Numbered from the stretch's first letter, positions 17,819-26,581 are shown. The stretch: DNA of 64,000 nucleotides from Candidatus Berkelbacteria bacterium (GCA_016432625.1 CP066697.1:279363-343362), one strand, 5' to 3'. Notes: generated by a model not told the origin, from the letters alone. Program-made: numbers and translations.

Positions 17819-17937
17819 CTCGTTATCAACTTTGTCGCGAGTCCGACCCTTCGGGGTTCGGGCTCGCGGCTCCGACCTTTACTTCGTGATATTCCCATCC
17901 GTCTTTGACTTCCCAGTCGAGACGGGTGGTGAACAGC

Positions 17938-18195
17938 ATGAAAGTCGTTATATTAGTAATCGTCGCTTGCTTTGTGCTTGGCTGCCAAACTGTGCCGAAA
18001 GAAGATGTTGCCAAAGCTAAAGCTGACTTTTTGCAGCGAACAAGAGGTGTAGTCAACGAAGAGTCCGTTTCTTGTCACGCCTGGGACAAGCTGAACCCCT
18101 ACGTGAGATGTAGTGGTGTAACTGCCCAAGGCAAGGTGATAAGTGCGGTATACCAATGGAATCAAGAGTGGTGCGTGACATTCTACTCCGACTAA
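17938..18195 (+). CDS. island lipoprotein (85 aa)
   Basis: Signal peptide with lipobox (VLGC). Four further Cys. Confidence 0.5.
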   Translation: MKVVILVIVACFVLGCQTVPKEDVAKAKADFLQRTRGVVNEESVSCHAWDKLNPYVRCSGVTAQGKVISAVYQWNQEWCVTFYSD

Positions 18196-18310
18196 ATGGG
18201 GTGGATAAGTCATGAGGCTACCCGATACATCAACCTTTGGCGTCCCGAGGGGACGCTCACTCGTAAGCGACAAGAAAACGTCGCCGACAACCGTTCCTAC
18301 CGGAGGTGGG

Positions 18311-18574
18311 ATGAAGCAAGTACTGTCTGCCGTATGGTCGTGGCTCCTAGCCTTGGGCGCTTGGTGCTTCGAAAACCCTCGCCGTGGTCTAATCACGATC
18401 GCTGCGATTCTGATCCTCGTCTACCCGCCGATTCTCGGTAAGGTAGTTGGTCGGATATTTGAGGCGCTCGCTCCGTTCATTGGCTTATTGCTGATGTTCG
18501 GGATGATCTACCTCATTATCAAGCCACTCCTGCCGAAGCGGCCCAAACCCCAGCAGCGGAGGTCGGACCGATGA
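18311..18574 (+). CDS. island small membrane protein (87 aa, 2 TM)
   Basis: GGAGGTGGG RBS directly upstream of the ATG at 18311. Confidence 0.5.
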   Translation: MKQVLSAVWSWLLALGAWCFENPRRGLITIAAILILVYPPILGKVVGRIFEALAPFIGLLLMFGMIYLIIKPLLPKRPKPQQRRSDR

Positions 18575-18690
18575 CCGCCTGCTGCGACTCTCGGGCGAAA
18601 CGGATCTCGTATCCGTCTTCGCCCTTCAATGAAGCTGCTGAACGCGTGACGTTCGACAGTTTCTAGAAATCTCACGGAGGAAACACACAC

Positions 18691-19044
18691 TTGGGACAAT
18701 CACCTACCATAGGACAGAGTCTGGAATTTCCGGACTTCTTCTACTTCTTGCGGTTCGGTCAAGAAAGCTCGCATTTTGCCGTCACGACCCACCTGGGCGA
18801 GTCGGCGATGTTGTGTTTTCGCTCGATCCGCGACATGGACGTTTACGCTAAGCCCTTCGAGGACACTCCGGGCATGTCGCGTTACGATTCCGACGCTCAG
18901 TCGATTGACTCGGCGCGGGATTTTCTTCGGGAACACTTCCCGAGCTTCCGTGCACTTGTCCTATTCGAGCCGGGCTATGTGCCCGGGCGAGATGAGGCGC
19001 GGCTGTCGGTGCATATCCCGCCGCCGCAACCCGTGATCGGGTGA
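18691..19044 (+). CDS. island hypothetical protein (117 aa, TTG start)
   Basis: GGAGGA lies 10 nt upstream of the TTG. Confidence 0.4.
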   Translation: MGQSPTIGQSLEFPDFFYFLRFGQESSHFAVTTHLGESAMLCFRSIRDMDVYAKPFEDTPGMSRYDSDAQSIDSARDFLREHFPSFRALVLFEPGYVPGRDEARLSVHIPPPQPVIG

Positions 19045-19132
19045 CCACTTACGCCTAACTTGGCGAGGTGGTCGCCCACCTTTCCGTCACCAGGAATTCG
19101 CTATGGCGATATTCGTGGTGGGGGATAAGCGT

Positions 19133-19285
19133 ATGAAACAGTATTCTTCTGAGTCCGATCAGCGCCGCCAGGAACGTTATGAGTTTTGGCGACTGCTTGG
19201 ACTTGGGGCTTTGTGCCTCGTCATCACTACCGCCGTTGTGGTTATCGCAACCCAATGGTGGAACAACCCGATCACCGTCAGGTGA
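19133..19285 (+). CDS. island small C-tail-anchored membrane protein (50 aa)
   Basis: GGGGGA RBS. Single C-terminal hydrophobic helix. Confidence 0.35.
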   Translation: MKQYSSESDQRRQERYEFWRLLGLGALCLVITTAVVVIATQWWNNPITVR

Positions 19286-19301
19286 AGGAGCGCAATGCGC
19301 A

Positions 19302-19610
19302 ATGGAAGAGCTTTTGGCTAGTTTTGACTTTCCGGAAGAGTTCTACATCGTCAGGCTTCTAGATTCCGAGGGCTACGGCCGTACCAATTACTGGGGACTA
19401 CCAGCCATTCTTTGTTTTCAGTTGAAAGATGATGCAGAGAACTTCGCCCGAAGGATGAACCGGGGCAACGAGATCTTGGTGGTCTCGCTCGATTTTGCCA
19501 GGGATCTGGCACTGTCAAGTCACGTGTACCGCTACCTCGTTCTCTACCAGCCTGAGACGCCGGAAGAAGAGTATCCGGCGATCTATGTTCCCGTTTCCAA
19601 AACAGGGTGA
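19302..19610 (+). CDS. island hypothetical protein (102 aa)
   Basis: GAAGGAG RBS upstream. Acidic, soluble. Confidence 0.45.
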   Translation: MEELLASFDFPEEFYIVRLLDSEGYGRTNYWGLPAILCFQLKDDAENFARRMNRGNEILVVSLDFARDLALSSHVYRYLVLYQPETPEEEYPAIYVPVSKTG

Positions 19611-19734
19611 CCAATGGCAAACCAGCCAAACGTCACCCACCTTTCCTCCAGCATGAAGCAATTCGTGCTTGGGGATGAGGGAAACCTCGAGACCTGTAAG
19701 TCCTGACCGCAAGGCAGGCTGGGTAAGGAAAGAA

Positions 19735-20151
19735 ATGGCAGACGAATGGGATGACATCCGCGGCGACATTCGCCAAGGACACGGTATCTTCTTTCGGTAC
19801 TTCTGGCTGTGGCTGATCATCTTGATCGGCTTGAGCTGGGGCGGGACCCTCGCCTACAAGGCTTGGATTCGTCCGACCGAAATCAACTTGGAGACGAAGG
19901 CGATTCGCCAGTCGATCCAGTATCAGGACACGGGCATCACCGCGATGCTCGAGAACGTCAAGGGTTACAAACGGCTCGAAACGGATATCCTGAAGTACGA
20001 AAGCGACCCGGCCAACGCCAAGCTCGTCGAGGGCATGCGCTCACAGCAGCGCTCGCTCTTGGACGACATCGAGACCACTGCCGATCGTATCGGCCGCGAC
20101 CGCGTGCCGGATTCGGTGCGCAGCTTCCTGGCAGCTCACGAGGGAGGGTAA
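19735..20151 (+). CDS. island N-terminally anchored membrane protein (138 aa)
   Basis: AAGGAAAG RBS. One TM helix, then a soluble domain. Confidence 0.5.
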   Translation: MADEWDDIRGDIRQGHGIFFRYFWLWLIILIGLSWGGTLAYKAWIRPTEINLETKAIRQSIQYQDTGITAMLENVKGYKRLETDILKYESDPANAKLVEGMRSQQRSLLDDIETTADRIGRDRVPDSVRSFLAAHEGG

Positions 20152-20158
20152 CGAGACA

Positions 20159-20746
20159 ATGAAAAACCTTTGCACGATCCTTTTGGTCACGGGCATTTTC
20201 TTCGTCTCGGGCTGTGGCTCGGATAACAAGGCAACCGCTGACACCCGTGAGCAGGTGGCTGTGAATAGGCAGCAGGAGATCTACGTGAAGAACCAGCCGA
20301 TCCCGGTCTTCGATTGGAGCCGGACGCGTGATCTTCTGATCCAATTCTACGTTGCCCAAAACGGGGCAGCGGCGACCTGGAGCTACATAACGCCCCAAAT
20401 GGGCGCGACTGTGCTGTTCGAAACACCGAGCCAGGGCTACCCGATCCCGATGGATACTCAGCTCACCAACCCGCTCCAAGCGGTTTGGGAAAGCAATAGC
20501 TATGGGTTGGGTGGACTTACACTCGCACAAGCGGAGCCTAACGGGGTCTTCACCTCGCCGAATACCGACGCGACAATCGTCATGGCGGTAAACGGCGACG
20601 GCACGCTCTCGCCGATCTACACCGAGCTCAAGGTGACCACGTTCCCATTCCCTGTCCGCTGGGATAAGGAGAAGGGGCAGTGGGTTCGGATCGAGGGCAA
20701 GGAGCCTTCTATCAAACTCATCCCCAAAGCGGGGAAGGGTGGATAG
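20159..20746 (+). CDS. island lipoprotein (195 aa)
   Basis: Signal peptide with lipobox (VSGC). GAGGGAGGG RBS. Confidence 0.55.
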   Translation: MKNLCTILLVTGIFFVSGCGSDNKATADTREQVAVNRQQEIYVKNQPIPVFDWSRTRDLLIQFYVAQNGAAATWSYITPQMGATVLFETPSQGYPIPMDTQLTNPLQAVWESNSYGLGGLTLAQAEPNGVFTSPNTDATIVMAVNGDGTLSPIYTELKVTTFPFPVRWDKEKGQWVRIEGKEPSIKLIPKAGKGG

Positions 20747-20846
20747 CGGTTCTTGCCTCTCACCCCTTCGGGTCAGTCCGGCGCAAGCCGGGTCTGGCCC
20801 ACCTTTCCCCGTTCACAATCAATTGTGGGCGGAGAGGAGGTTTGAT

Positions 20847-21122
20847 GTGTACTTCTTACTGTTCGCCGGGCTTTTCGTTGCCTTCTTCTCAGGCTTAGCA
20901 CTGCTGGTCACCCTTATCGTGTACAACTGGGGCATGTTTGGTGCGCGCAAGCGGTTTGGCCGGGAAGAGTTTTGGTCGACACTCGCCAGCGGAAACGATG
21001 ATTTCGACGATGTACGCGAAAATGCGATATGCATACCCGCAATCGCCGTTATCGCTGTCCTAGACCTCATACCCTGGCTCACGAGCAAGCTATTTCGCCG
21101 TCCCAACCAAAAGACGGCGTGA
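20847..21122 (+). CDS. island 2-TM small protein, paralog 1 (GTG start)
   Basis: GGAGG lies 6 nt upstream of the GTG. Two hydrophobic helices. Confidence 0.45.
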   Translation: MYFLLFAGLFVAFFSGLALLVTLIVYNWGMFGARKRFGREEFWSTLASGNDDFDDVRENAICIPAIAVIAVLDLIPWLTSKLFRRPNQKTA

Positions 21123-21228
21123 GCTTCTCATTCGGCTGAAGCGTGTGCATACGCAAACGTTTCAGCCCCCAACTGGATTCTTGACCAGCAGGTCGAGGGT
21201 TCTGAGGGAAACCTTAAGGAGAGAAGAA

Positions 21229-21525
21229 ATGGAAACCCTAAGCAACCTGCTAGGAGTTTTGTTGTTTTGGACTGTCATATCCTTCGGCTTTGCGTCCTTC
21301 GCCCGAGCATCCATGCCGGAGCGTGGGGACAACATGTTCGAGTGGTTTCGACGTATGTGCTTCGGACTTGAGCCAAATGACGGACCGATTTGGCTGGTAG
21401 TTGTCGCTCTGACGCTGCCAACCACTATACTGATCGGGATTTGGGAGTGGGTAGTTTATCCACCTGTTTCCCGAGCAAGTCGCAAGTTTCTTGAACGCAT
21501 CCAAGCCACAGGCAATGCGTCGTGA
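21229..21525 (+). CDS. island 2-TM small protein, paralog 2
   Basis: AAGGAGAG RBS. Preceded by a hairpin plus a conserved 37-bp ttgacc-containing motif. Confidence 0.5.
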   Translation: METLSNLLGVLLFWTVISFGFASFARASMPERGDNMFEWFRRMCFGLEPNDGPIWLVVVALTLPTTILIGIWEWVVYPPVSRASRKFLERIQATGNAS

Positions 21526-21598
21526 CCCGGCTGACGGTACTCGTACCGTCAGCCATCGCTCCTTGACCGTCAGGTAACTGATGATCGGGGATACGAAC

Positions 21599-21913
21599 AT
21601 GTATAACAACATCGACTCACTAACTTGGTGGTGGACTGTAATACTGCCTAGTTGGGTAGTGGCGAATCTGGTGGTGTGGTTCCTCTTCTGTTTGCTCCAC
21701 GCCACAGCTGGTGGACCGGCTGACGGACTCATCCTGTTCTTGAAAAAGCCCTTTGAGAGCCTAGACGAGAACACAGACCGACTTCCTGAACGACTACTCA
21801 TCGTAGGATTCGTTCTATTTTTCCTACCGCTCTTCGTTGCCGTTCAGCTTTGTGTTCTGATTGCACGGCTTGCACGCTTTCTTTGGATTGTCGCTACCAT
21901 AAAACGTGCATAA
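21599..21913 (+). CDS. island 2-TM small protein, paralog 3
   Basis: Same cassette layout as paralog 2. Preceded by a perfect 12-bp-stem hairpin and a ttgacc motif. Confidence 0.45.
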   Translation: MYNNIDSLTWWWTVILPSWVVANLVVWFLFCLLHATAGGPADGLILFLKKPFESLDENTDRLPERLLIVGFVLFFLPLFVAVQLCVLIARLARFLWIVATIKRA

Positions 21914-21999
21914 ACGCTCGCTTTGACTGACGGACACTCTCCGTCAGTCCCCGACTGAATTCTTGACCAGATGGTCGAGGGTTCTGAGGGAGGAACTAA

Positions 22000-22197
22000 T
22001 TGAAAGTGTTTGAATCGTTCATTTCTTGGCTTCTTCAAGCTTGGCTGACCGCCGCGTTTGAGCTCCACACCTTCAAGTGCGAGCAGTGTTTGAACGTTGA
22101 AATGGGGTTAACCGCTCCCGACAGCTTATGCCAGCGAGGCAAAGAGCTCAAAGCCGCGATCGGCGCGGAAGAAACCAACTGTGGGCAACCAAACTAG
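22000..22197 (+). CDS. island small Cys-rich protein (65 aa, CxxC...C...C; TTG start)
   Basis: GGGAGG upstream. Possible zinc-ribbon-like fold. Confidence 0.35.
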   Translation: MKVFESFISWLLQAWLTAAFELHTFKCEQCLNVEMGLTAPDSLCQRGKELKAAIGAEETNCGQPN

Positions 22198-22365
22198 GAT
22201 TGCCCACCCAACTGAGTTTTCAAATCTTTGAAGACTTTGAGGGTTTGTCTGGCCGGATCCGCTCCGGACGCAACGGTATCAGATGAAGTAATTCATTTTG
22301 AAATTTGCCGTTGCACTACCGCCGGAGCGGTTTTGGCTGGACAACGGTTCAGCAGGAGTGAACGT

Positions 22366-22662
22366 ATGTTACAAGTCTGGGTGAATGCTCAACTTGTCCG
22401 CCGAGGCGCTGTAGAAAGCGATTCGGAGGGCATCGCCTACTGCCGTTTCCGCTCTAAAGACGGAGACGTGGTGGCCACTTTCAACGAACGCAAGATTCAG
22501 GAAGAGGGCGGCAACGTCCTCATACCAGGAGCTTGCGACGACCTGATCGGCGAAAATGGCTTCATCGCCGTTAAGCCTGACTACGAGCCGTTTCTTTGGG
22601 GGGTTCACGGCCGCCCGAGAGAAACCGTATTGGTTCCGACAGCTGAGGTGATCTCAAGGTGA
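22366..22662 (+). CDS. island hypothetical protein (98 aa)
   Basis: AGGAGTG RBS 6 nt before the ATG at 22366. Confidence 0.45.
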   Translation: MLQVWVNAQLVRRGAVESDSEGIAYCRFRSKDGDVVATFNERKIQEEGGNVLIPGACDDLIGENGFIAVKPDYEPFLWGVHGRPRETVLVPTAEVISR

Positions 22663-23321
22663 AAAGCCTGACGATCGCCGTATCGCTTATCGTTGCTGCA
22701 ACGGGTTTGATCTTGGCGCTTATGCCGCTGATCTACCCAGGGCAACTTTACCTGATCGAAATCGGCGGCAGCATGGCCGTTGTCGCCGCAGCGTTGCTAA
22801 TTTGGGCAACACTTGTTCTGCGGGAGACTTGCTACTACGAGCTGAGGCTTGTTCGCGAGTCTGGCGGTGACATAGAGGGTTGCCTGGATGTCATGAGCCA
22901 CGACGGGCGAACATTCGTCAGTATCGGGGACATCTACCACCTGATCGATCAGTTCAACGACTCAGCGAACGGCAGCACTCACCTTAAGGTTGAGCGCCGG
23001 CAGATCTCAGCAGACAAGGCTAGTTCGCTTTGCGAACTGTCCTTTGAGGAAGTCTGGGGGATTGAGCCGCTCGAAGCCGAGCTGCTCCTCTTTGCCACGA
23101 CGCAAAGCCAAGGCGCTACGCTTCGTTACGAGGAGATGCCTGAGTTCAAGCTGGCTCTGGTTCACTACCGCTCGGAAATCCTGGCGATGGAAACCACGGA
23201 GTTCGACGGACTTCTGGCTGTCGTCAAGGGTTTGGCCGACAACCACAAGTTCATACGGCTACAAACTAGCCTGCGAACAACGGCGGCCAGTTATGAGGTG
23301 TTCGATGGAATACGCTCATAA
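22659..23321 (+). CDS. island membrane protein (220 aa, 2 N-terminal TM; GTG start)
   Basis: Overlaps the preceding stop (GTGA). Confidence 0.5.
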   Translation: MKSLTIAVSLIVAATGLILALMPLIYPGQLYLIEIGGSMAVVAAALLIWATLVLRETCYYELRLVRESGGDIEGCLDVMSHDGRTFVSIGDIYHLIDQFNDSANGSTHLKVERRQISADKASSLCELSFEEVWGIEPLEAELLLFATTQSQGATLRYEEMPEFKLALVHYRSEILAMETTEFDGLLAVVKGLADNHKFIRLQTSLRTTAASYEVFDGIRS

Positions 23322-23418
23322 TCACGACCACAACCTGGAGGCGCACGAATGAGAGTAATCTCACCCGTGCGCCCACCAACTGCCCGACAAGCTACCGCTT
23401 GAAAGGCTGAGGTTAAAC

Positions 23419-23874
23419 GTGAATAGACCCACATTAGTGCCACTCGTACTCGGGTTTATTTTCGGGTACCTACTTTTCAACACTGGTTTCTTCGGAGGTC
23501 CGTGTGTATTGCCACTGCTCTTGTTGATCGCACTCTACTCGCGAGGTATAGCCAGGATGCGTGAAGCTCATCGCTGGGCTGACATGCAGGCTATTCCCGC
23601 GGGCGACTGGTTGGTGCAGCTAAACATCTTCACCAACATTGGTTGCCAGAAGCATGAGCATCAAGTCCGTGGTGAGTTCAGGAGGCTCATACCCTTCATC
23701 GGCATTCGTTCGCCCGAAGAGGTAGAGCGGATTCGTCAGATGGTGGCGGATGCTTCGGAGGGTGGCTACGACTGGGTCACACTCTACAACCCTCCGGGAT
23801 TACCAAAACAGTTCGAACATCAGGCAACCTCGACGATTACTATCAGGTATTCGCCGTTGGAGGCCCCATCATAA
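23419..23874 (+). CDS. island membrane protein (151 aa)
   Basis: Two N-terminal hydrophobic helices. Confidence 0.45.
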   Translation: MNRPTLVPLVLGFIFGYLLFNTGFFGGPCVLPLLLLIALYSRGIARMREAHRWADMQAIPAGDWLVQLNIFTNIGCQKHEHQVRGEFRRLIPFIGIRSPEEVERIRQMVADASEGGYDWVTLYNPPGLPKQFEHQATSTITIRYSPLEAPS

Positions 23875-23946
23875 GGCGCACGGAACATCTTGTGCGCCCA
23901 CTTCCCCACCGCCTGCGTACAATGCGGACGGTGAGGAGAGTGAAGA

Positions 23947-24180
23947 ATGTATCGCAACATAAGGGGATCATCAGAATTCAAAGTTGGGTGCGTAGTACTG
24001 TTCGCCATGATCGTGCTCGCGATAATGATGATTCCCATAAAGAAACAACGTGACTGGCTAATGCTGTCCTGGATGGTAGCCGCTTGGGCGACCCTCTTTT
24101 TTATTCCCTGGCTCAGATATATTCGCCGGGAAAGAGAGCTTGAAGCACAGAAAAGGTTGAAAGAAAATCAAGCGCCTTGA
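23947..24180 (+). CDS. island small membrane protein (77 aa)
   Basis: GAGGAGAG RBS. Two hydrophobic helices. Confidence 0.45.
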   Translation: MYRNIRGSSEFKVGCVVLFAMIVLAIMMIPIKKQRDWLMLSWMVAAWATLFFIPWLRYIRRERELEAQKRLKENQAP

Positions 24181-24263
24181 CCTTTCGCAAAAGCGCCGAG
24201 TGAAACATCTCGGCGCACCCCCTCTCGTTTCGAACTTCGGTTCAAACGTGGAGGTAGGTGAAT

Positions 24264-24887
24264 ATGAACCGGCTCACAGTAATACTTCATGCCGGTTTAG
24301 TTCGGCTACTGAAGATCGTCGTTTGGCCAGTACTTCGGTACTTTGGCCCCGTCACGTGTGTTAAAGGGGCTACGCTTCCAAAAAAGGGAGGAGTCCTGAT
24401 TGTTGCCAACCACGAAAGCGTCGCCGATCCAGTCGTCGTGCAGTACACCTGCGCGCGACCGATCTGCTTCATGGCAAAAGCGGAGCTTTTCAAGCGCCCA
24501 GTGCTAAGTTTCGTGATTCGGCTGTTTCGCACGTTCATCGTCGAACCCAACACCTCAGATATCAGAGCAATTAGGCAAGCCATCGACTTACTGAAAGCTG
24601 GTGAGGTGGTGTTGGTCTTTCCGGAAGGTAAGATTAACGGCGAAAGTGGGGCTTTGCTTGGATTTCGCAAGGGCGTCGGGCTCATCGCCCGAAAGTCTGG
24701 GGCGACGGTGATTCCATGTGCCATTAGGCACTCCCGCCGCGTCTGGGCAAAGCCATCTTGGATACCAACTGGCCGTCACCAGATGACGGTCATCTGGGGC
24801 AAGGCGTATCGGTTCCGAGTCAGTGATGACAACGAAACAATTGCCACCGAACTTCGACAAGAAGTTTCTGCCCTCCTTGGGCGATAG
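24264..24887 (+). CDS. lysophospholipid acyltransferase (PlsC/LPLAT family)
   Basis: NHESVADP (HxxxxD acyltransferase motif) and FPEG motif. GGAGGTAGG RBS. Confidence 0.65.
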   Translation: MNRLTVILHAGLVRLLKIVVWPVLRYFGPVTCVKGATLPKKGGVLIVANHESVADPVVVQYTCARPICFMAKAELFKRPVLSFVIRLFRTFIVEPNTSDIRAIRQAIDLLKAGEVVLVFPEGKINGESGALLGFRKGVGLIARKSGATVIPCAIRHSRRVWAKPSWIPTGRHQMTVIWGKAYRFRVSDDNETIATELRQEVSALLGR

Positions 24888-24957
24888 GCCTCGAGCCTCT
24901 CGCCCCGCTTCCTCTCGTCTTTGCGACCACTACGGTCGTAGGCGGGGAGGAGAGTGA

Positions 24958-25203
24958 ATGTTTATCGGTGATCGAATCGACAAGATCTGCCAACTTGTCG
25001 CCCTTCTAGGGGTTCTTTTCTGCGTCGGCTCTATGTGGGTCTTCGCTCGTCTGGATAAACCGGTTACTTGGGCTTATTACTCAATGTTAGGCCTTGTTGT
25101 AACATTGGTTGCCCTCACGGTTATTCTCTTTCGGGGAAAACGCTATCAGAAGATGTGGCAGAAAGCCCGATGCATGTTCCTGAAGGAGTGGCCCGATGAC
25201 TAA
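24958..25203 (+). CDS. island small 2-TM membrane protein (81 aa)
   Basis: GGGGAGGAGAG RBS. Confidence 0.5.
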   Translation: MFIGDRIDKICQLVALLGVLFCVGSMWVFARLDKPVTWAYYSMLGLVVTLVALTVILFRGKRYQKMWQKARCMFLKEWPDD

Positions 25204-25292
25204 CATGTCCGTTATCCGGCGCAGCGACTTGCACCCGCTGCGCCCGCTTCCTGACCGCCCGTGAAGAACACGGACGGCGAGGTAGGTGATTA

Positions 25293-25454
25293 ATGTCGAC
25301 AAGTGGAAAATGCCTCATGCTGGGATCGATTGTCCTTGGTTCGATTGCCGGCACCCAGCTACACAGTTTCTGGGTAGGTTTGGGCGTCTGGTTCGGGCTG
25401 GCGATATACGGCTCGGCATTCTTGGTCGCTCAGAACAAAGGGGAAACAAGTTGA
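25293..25454 (+). CDS. island small hydrophobic protein (53 aa). Not in the ORF track; preferred over the listed 25286..25504 frame
   Basis: GAGGTAGGTGA lies 5 nt upstream of the ATG. Product MSTSGKCLMLGSIVLGSIAGTQLHSFWVGLGVWFGLAIYGSAFLVAQNKGETS is membrane-like, as are its neighbours. Confidence 0.35.
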   Translation: MSTSGKCLMLGSIVLGSIAGTQLHSFWVGLGVWFGLAIYGSAFLVAQNKGETS

Positions 25455-25548
25455 GAATCCGCGAAGCGCCGGGCTTAAAAACCCCGGCGCTTTTTGCGTT
25501 TTAAAAAGGTGTAAAATACTTTCATCTGAAACGAGCAGGAGGTGAAAG

Positions 25549-25833
25549 ATGAGCTCGGGCAGTGTTCCTCAAAGCGGCCAGTCCAAAAGTAACCGGCCGA
25601 ATGACTATCAAAGTCTTGGTGGGGCAGGGAACTTCTTCCTTGAGCCCGACGAGGTTTATGGAACTGCACCGGACTATGCCAGTTATCTCAAGGTCATTGG
25701 TCTGATCTTGGGCGAATCGGGCATCGTTTACGGTCTCTACCGGTTCGGCAGTCCGTTGGCGTTAGTGGTTCTCGTCGCCATAATCTTTTTGGCGATCTTA
25801 GCCTACGGCGTTAATAGGGTGCTGTTTGAATAG
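25549..25833 (+). CDS. island C-terminally anchored membrane protein (94 aa)
   Basis: GCAGGAGGTGA RBS. Confidence 0.5.
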   Translation: MSSGSVPQSGQSKSNRPNDYQSLGGAGNFFLEPDEVYGTAPDYASYLKVIGLILGESGIVYGLYRFGSPLALVVLVAIIFLAILAYGVNRVLFE

Positions 25834-25888
25834 CGGCTGGACGATTTCCAAAGATGTCGGGTCAAACTCGGCAAAGGAGGTGGGTCTA

Positions 25889-26140
25889 ATGGTGATCCAA
25901 GAGAAACCTCGAAACGACGAGTGGCGTGAGCGTTACGCTCACCCGCATCAGACGCGCTTGAGCCGTGTGGCTGAGGAAATACGGTTAATACCCGTGGTTC
26001 TCGGTCTGGCGATTGGTGGACTGGTGCTTGTTGGTCTGTCGGTTGGCTTCTCCGCGCCAATATATGCCGGAATTATTCTGTTCTCATTCGGAATACTGGC
26101 GGAATGGCTGCTGGGCAGACACTATGACTACACGTCTTGA
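25889..26140 (+). CDS. island membrane protein (83 aa)
   Basis: AAAGGAGGTGGG RBS before the ATG at 25889. Confidence 0.5.
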   Translation: MVIQEKPRNDEWRERYAHPHQTRLSRVAEEIRLIPVVLGLAIGGLVLVGLSVGFSAPIYAGIILFSFGILAEWLLGRHYDYTS

Positions 26141-26449
26141 AACTAGGACGTGGCTCGGGGCGGCTTCGGCCGCCCCAATTCTATATAAAAATGTTGCGCT
26201 GACTTGACGCATAGGCATACACTATTACTGAGTTGATCTCGGCAACCGTCGAGGTGGCTTGCATCGGAGGGAAAACATGAAGAAACTCTATCGTTTCCGG
26301 TCGCACGCGACGCACAAGCAGCACAGACGTCTACTGCATATGCTCGCCGCGAGCTTCATCGGCCGGGTGGCCTGGGGGTAGGCCGACGCAATCCTTCGAC
26401 ATCAAGTACGGCCCGGGTTTCTAACCCGGGCCGCTTGCTTAATATAAAT

Positions 26450-26503
26450 ATCGAAAATGGTGCGAATCTAACCCAAAGCAGGTTATTCGCCCATTTTCAT
26501 CCG
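26450..26503 (+). repeat. S stem-loop copy B (direct repeat of 15332-15385 with compensatory stem)
   Basis: atcgaaaa-tggtgcg-aatctaacccaaagcaggttatt-cgcccat-tttcatcc. Confidence 0.6.
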
Positions 26504-26581
26504 TAACCCCGTAGGGAGCGTGTCGGGGATGGGGTTGTAGGGGTAAGGGGGTGACTTCGCAATGAACCCCTTTACCCCTAC
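26504..26581 (-). repeat. R repeat copy B (inverted copy of 15187-15267), abutting the uvrA stop codon
   Basis: Its reverse complement reads gtaggggtaaaggggttcattgcgaagtcaccccccttacccctacaaccccatccccgacacgctccctacgggg. Confidence 0.8.

Noticed and set aside
21173-21209. The TTGACC motif as a standard sigma70 promoter
   Set aside because: No TATAAT-like hexamer lies 16-18 bp downstream (the sequence is GC-rich ggtcgagggttctgaggga). It is kept as a regulatory motif of unknown type rather than a called promoter.
25286-25504. 72-aa ORF listed in the track
   Set aside because: The alternative frame 25293..25454 has a strong RBS and gives a hydrophobic 53-aa product consistent with neighbouring island genes. 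The listed frame has no RBS and a basic, low-complexity product.
15187-26581. Prophage
   Set aside because: No integrase, terminase, portal, capsid, tail or lysis genes are recognisable. All ORFs are small membrane-type proteins.
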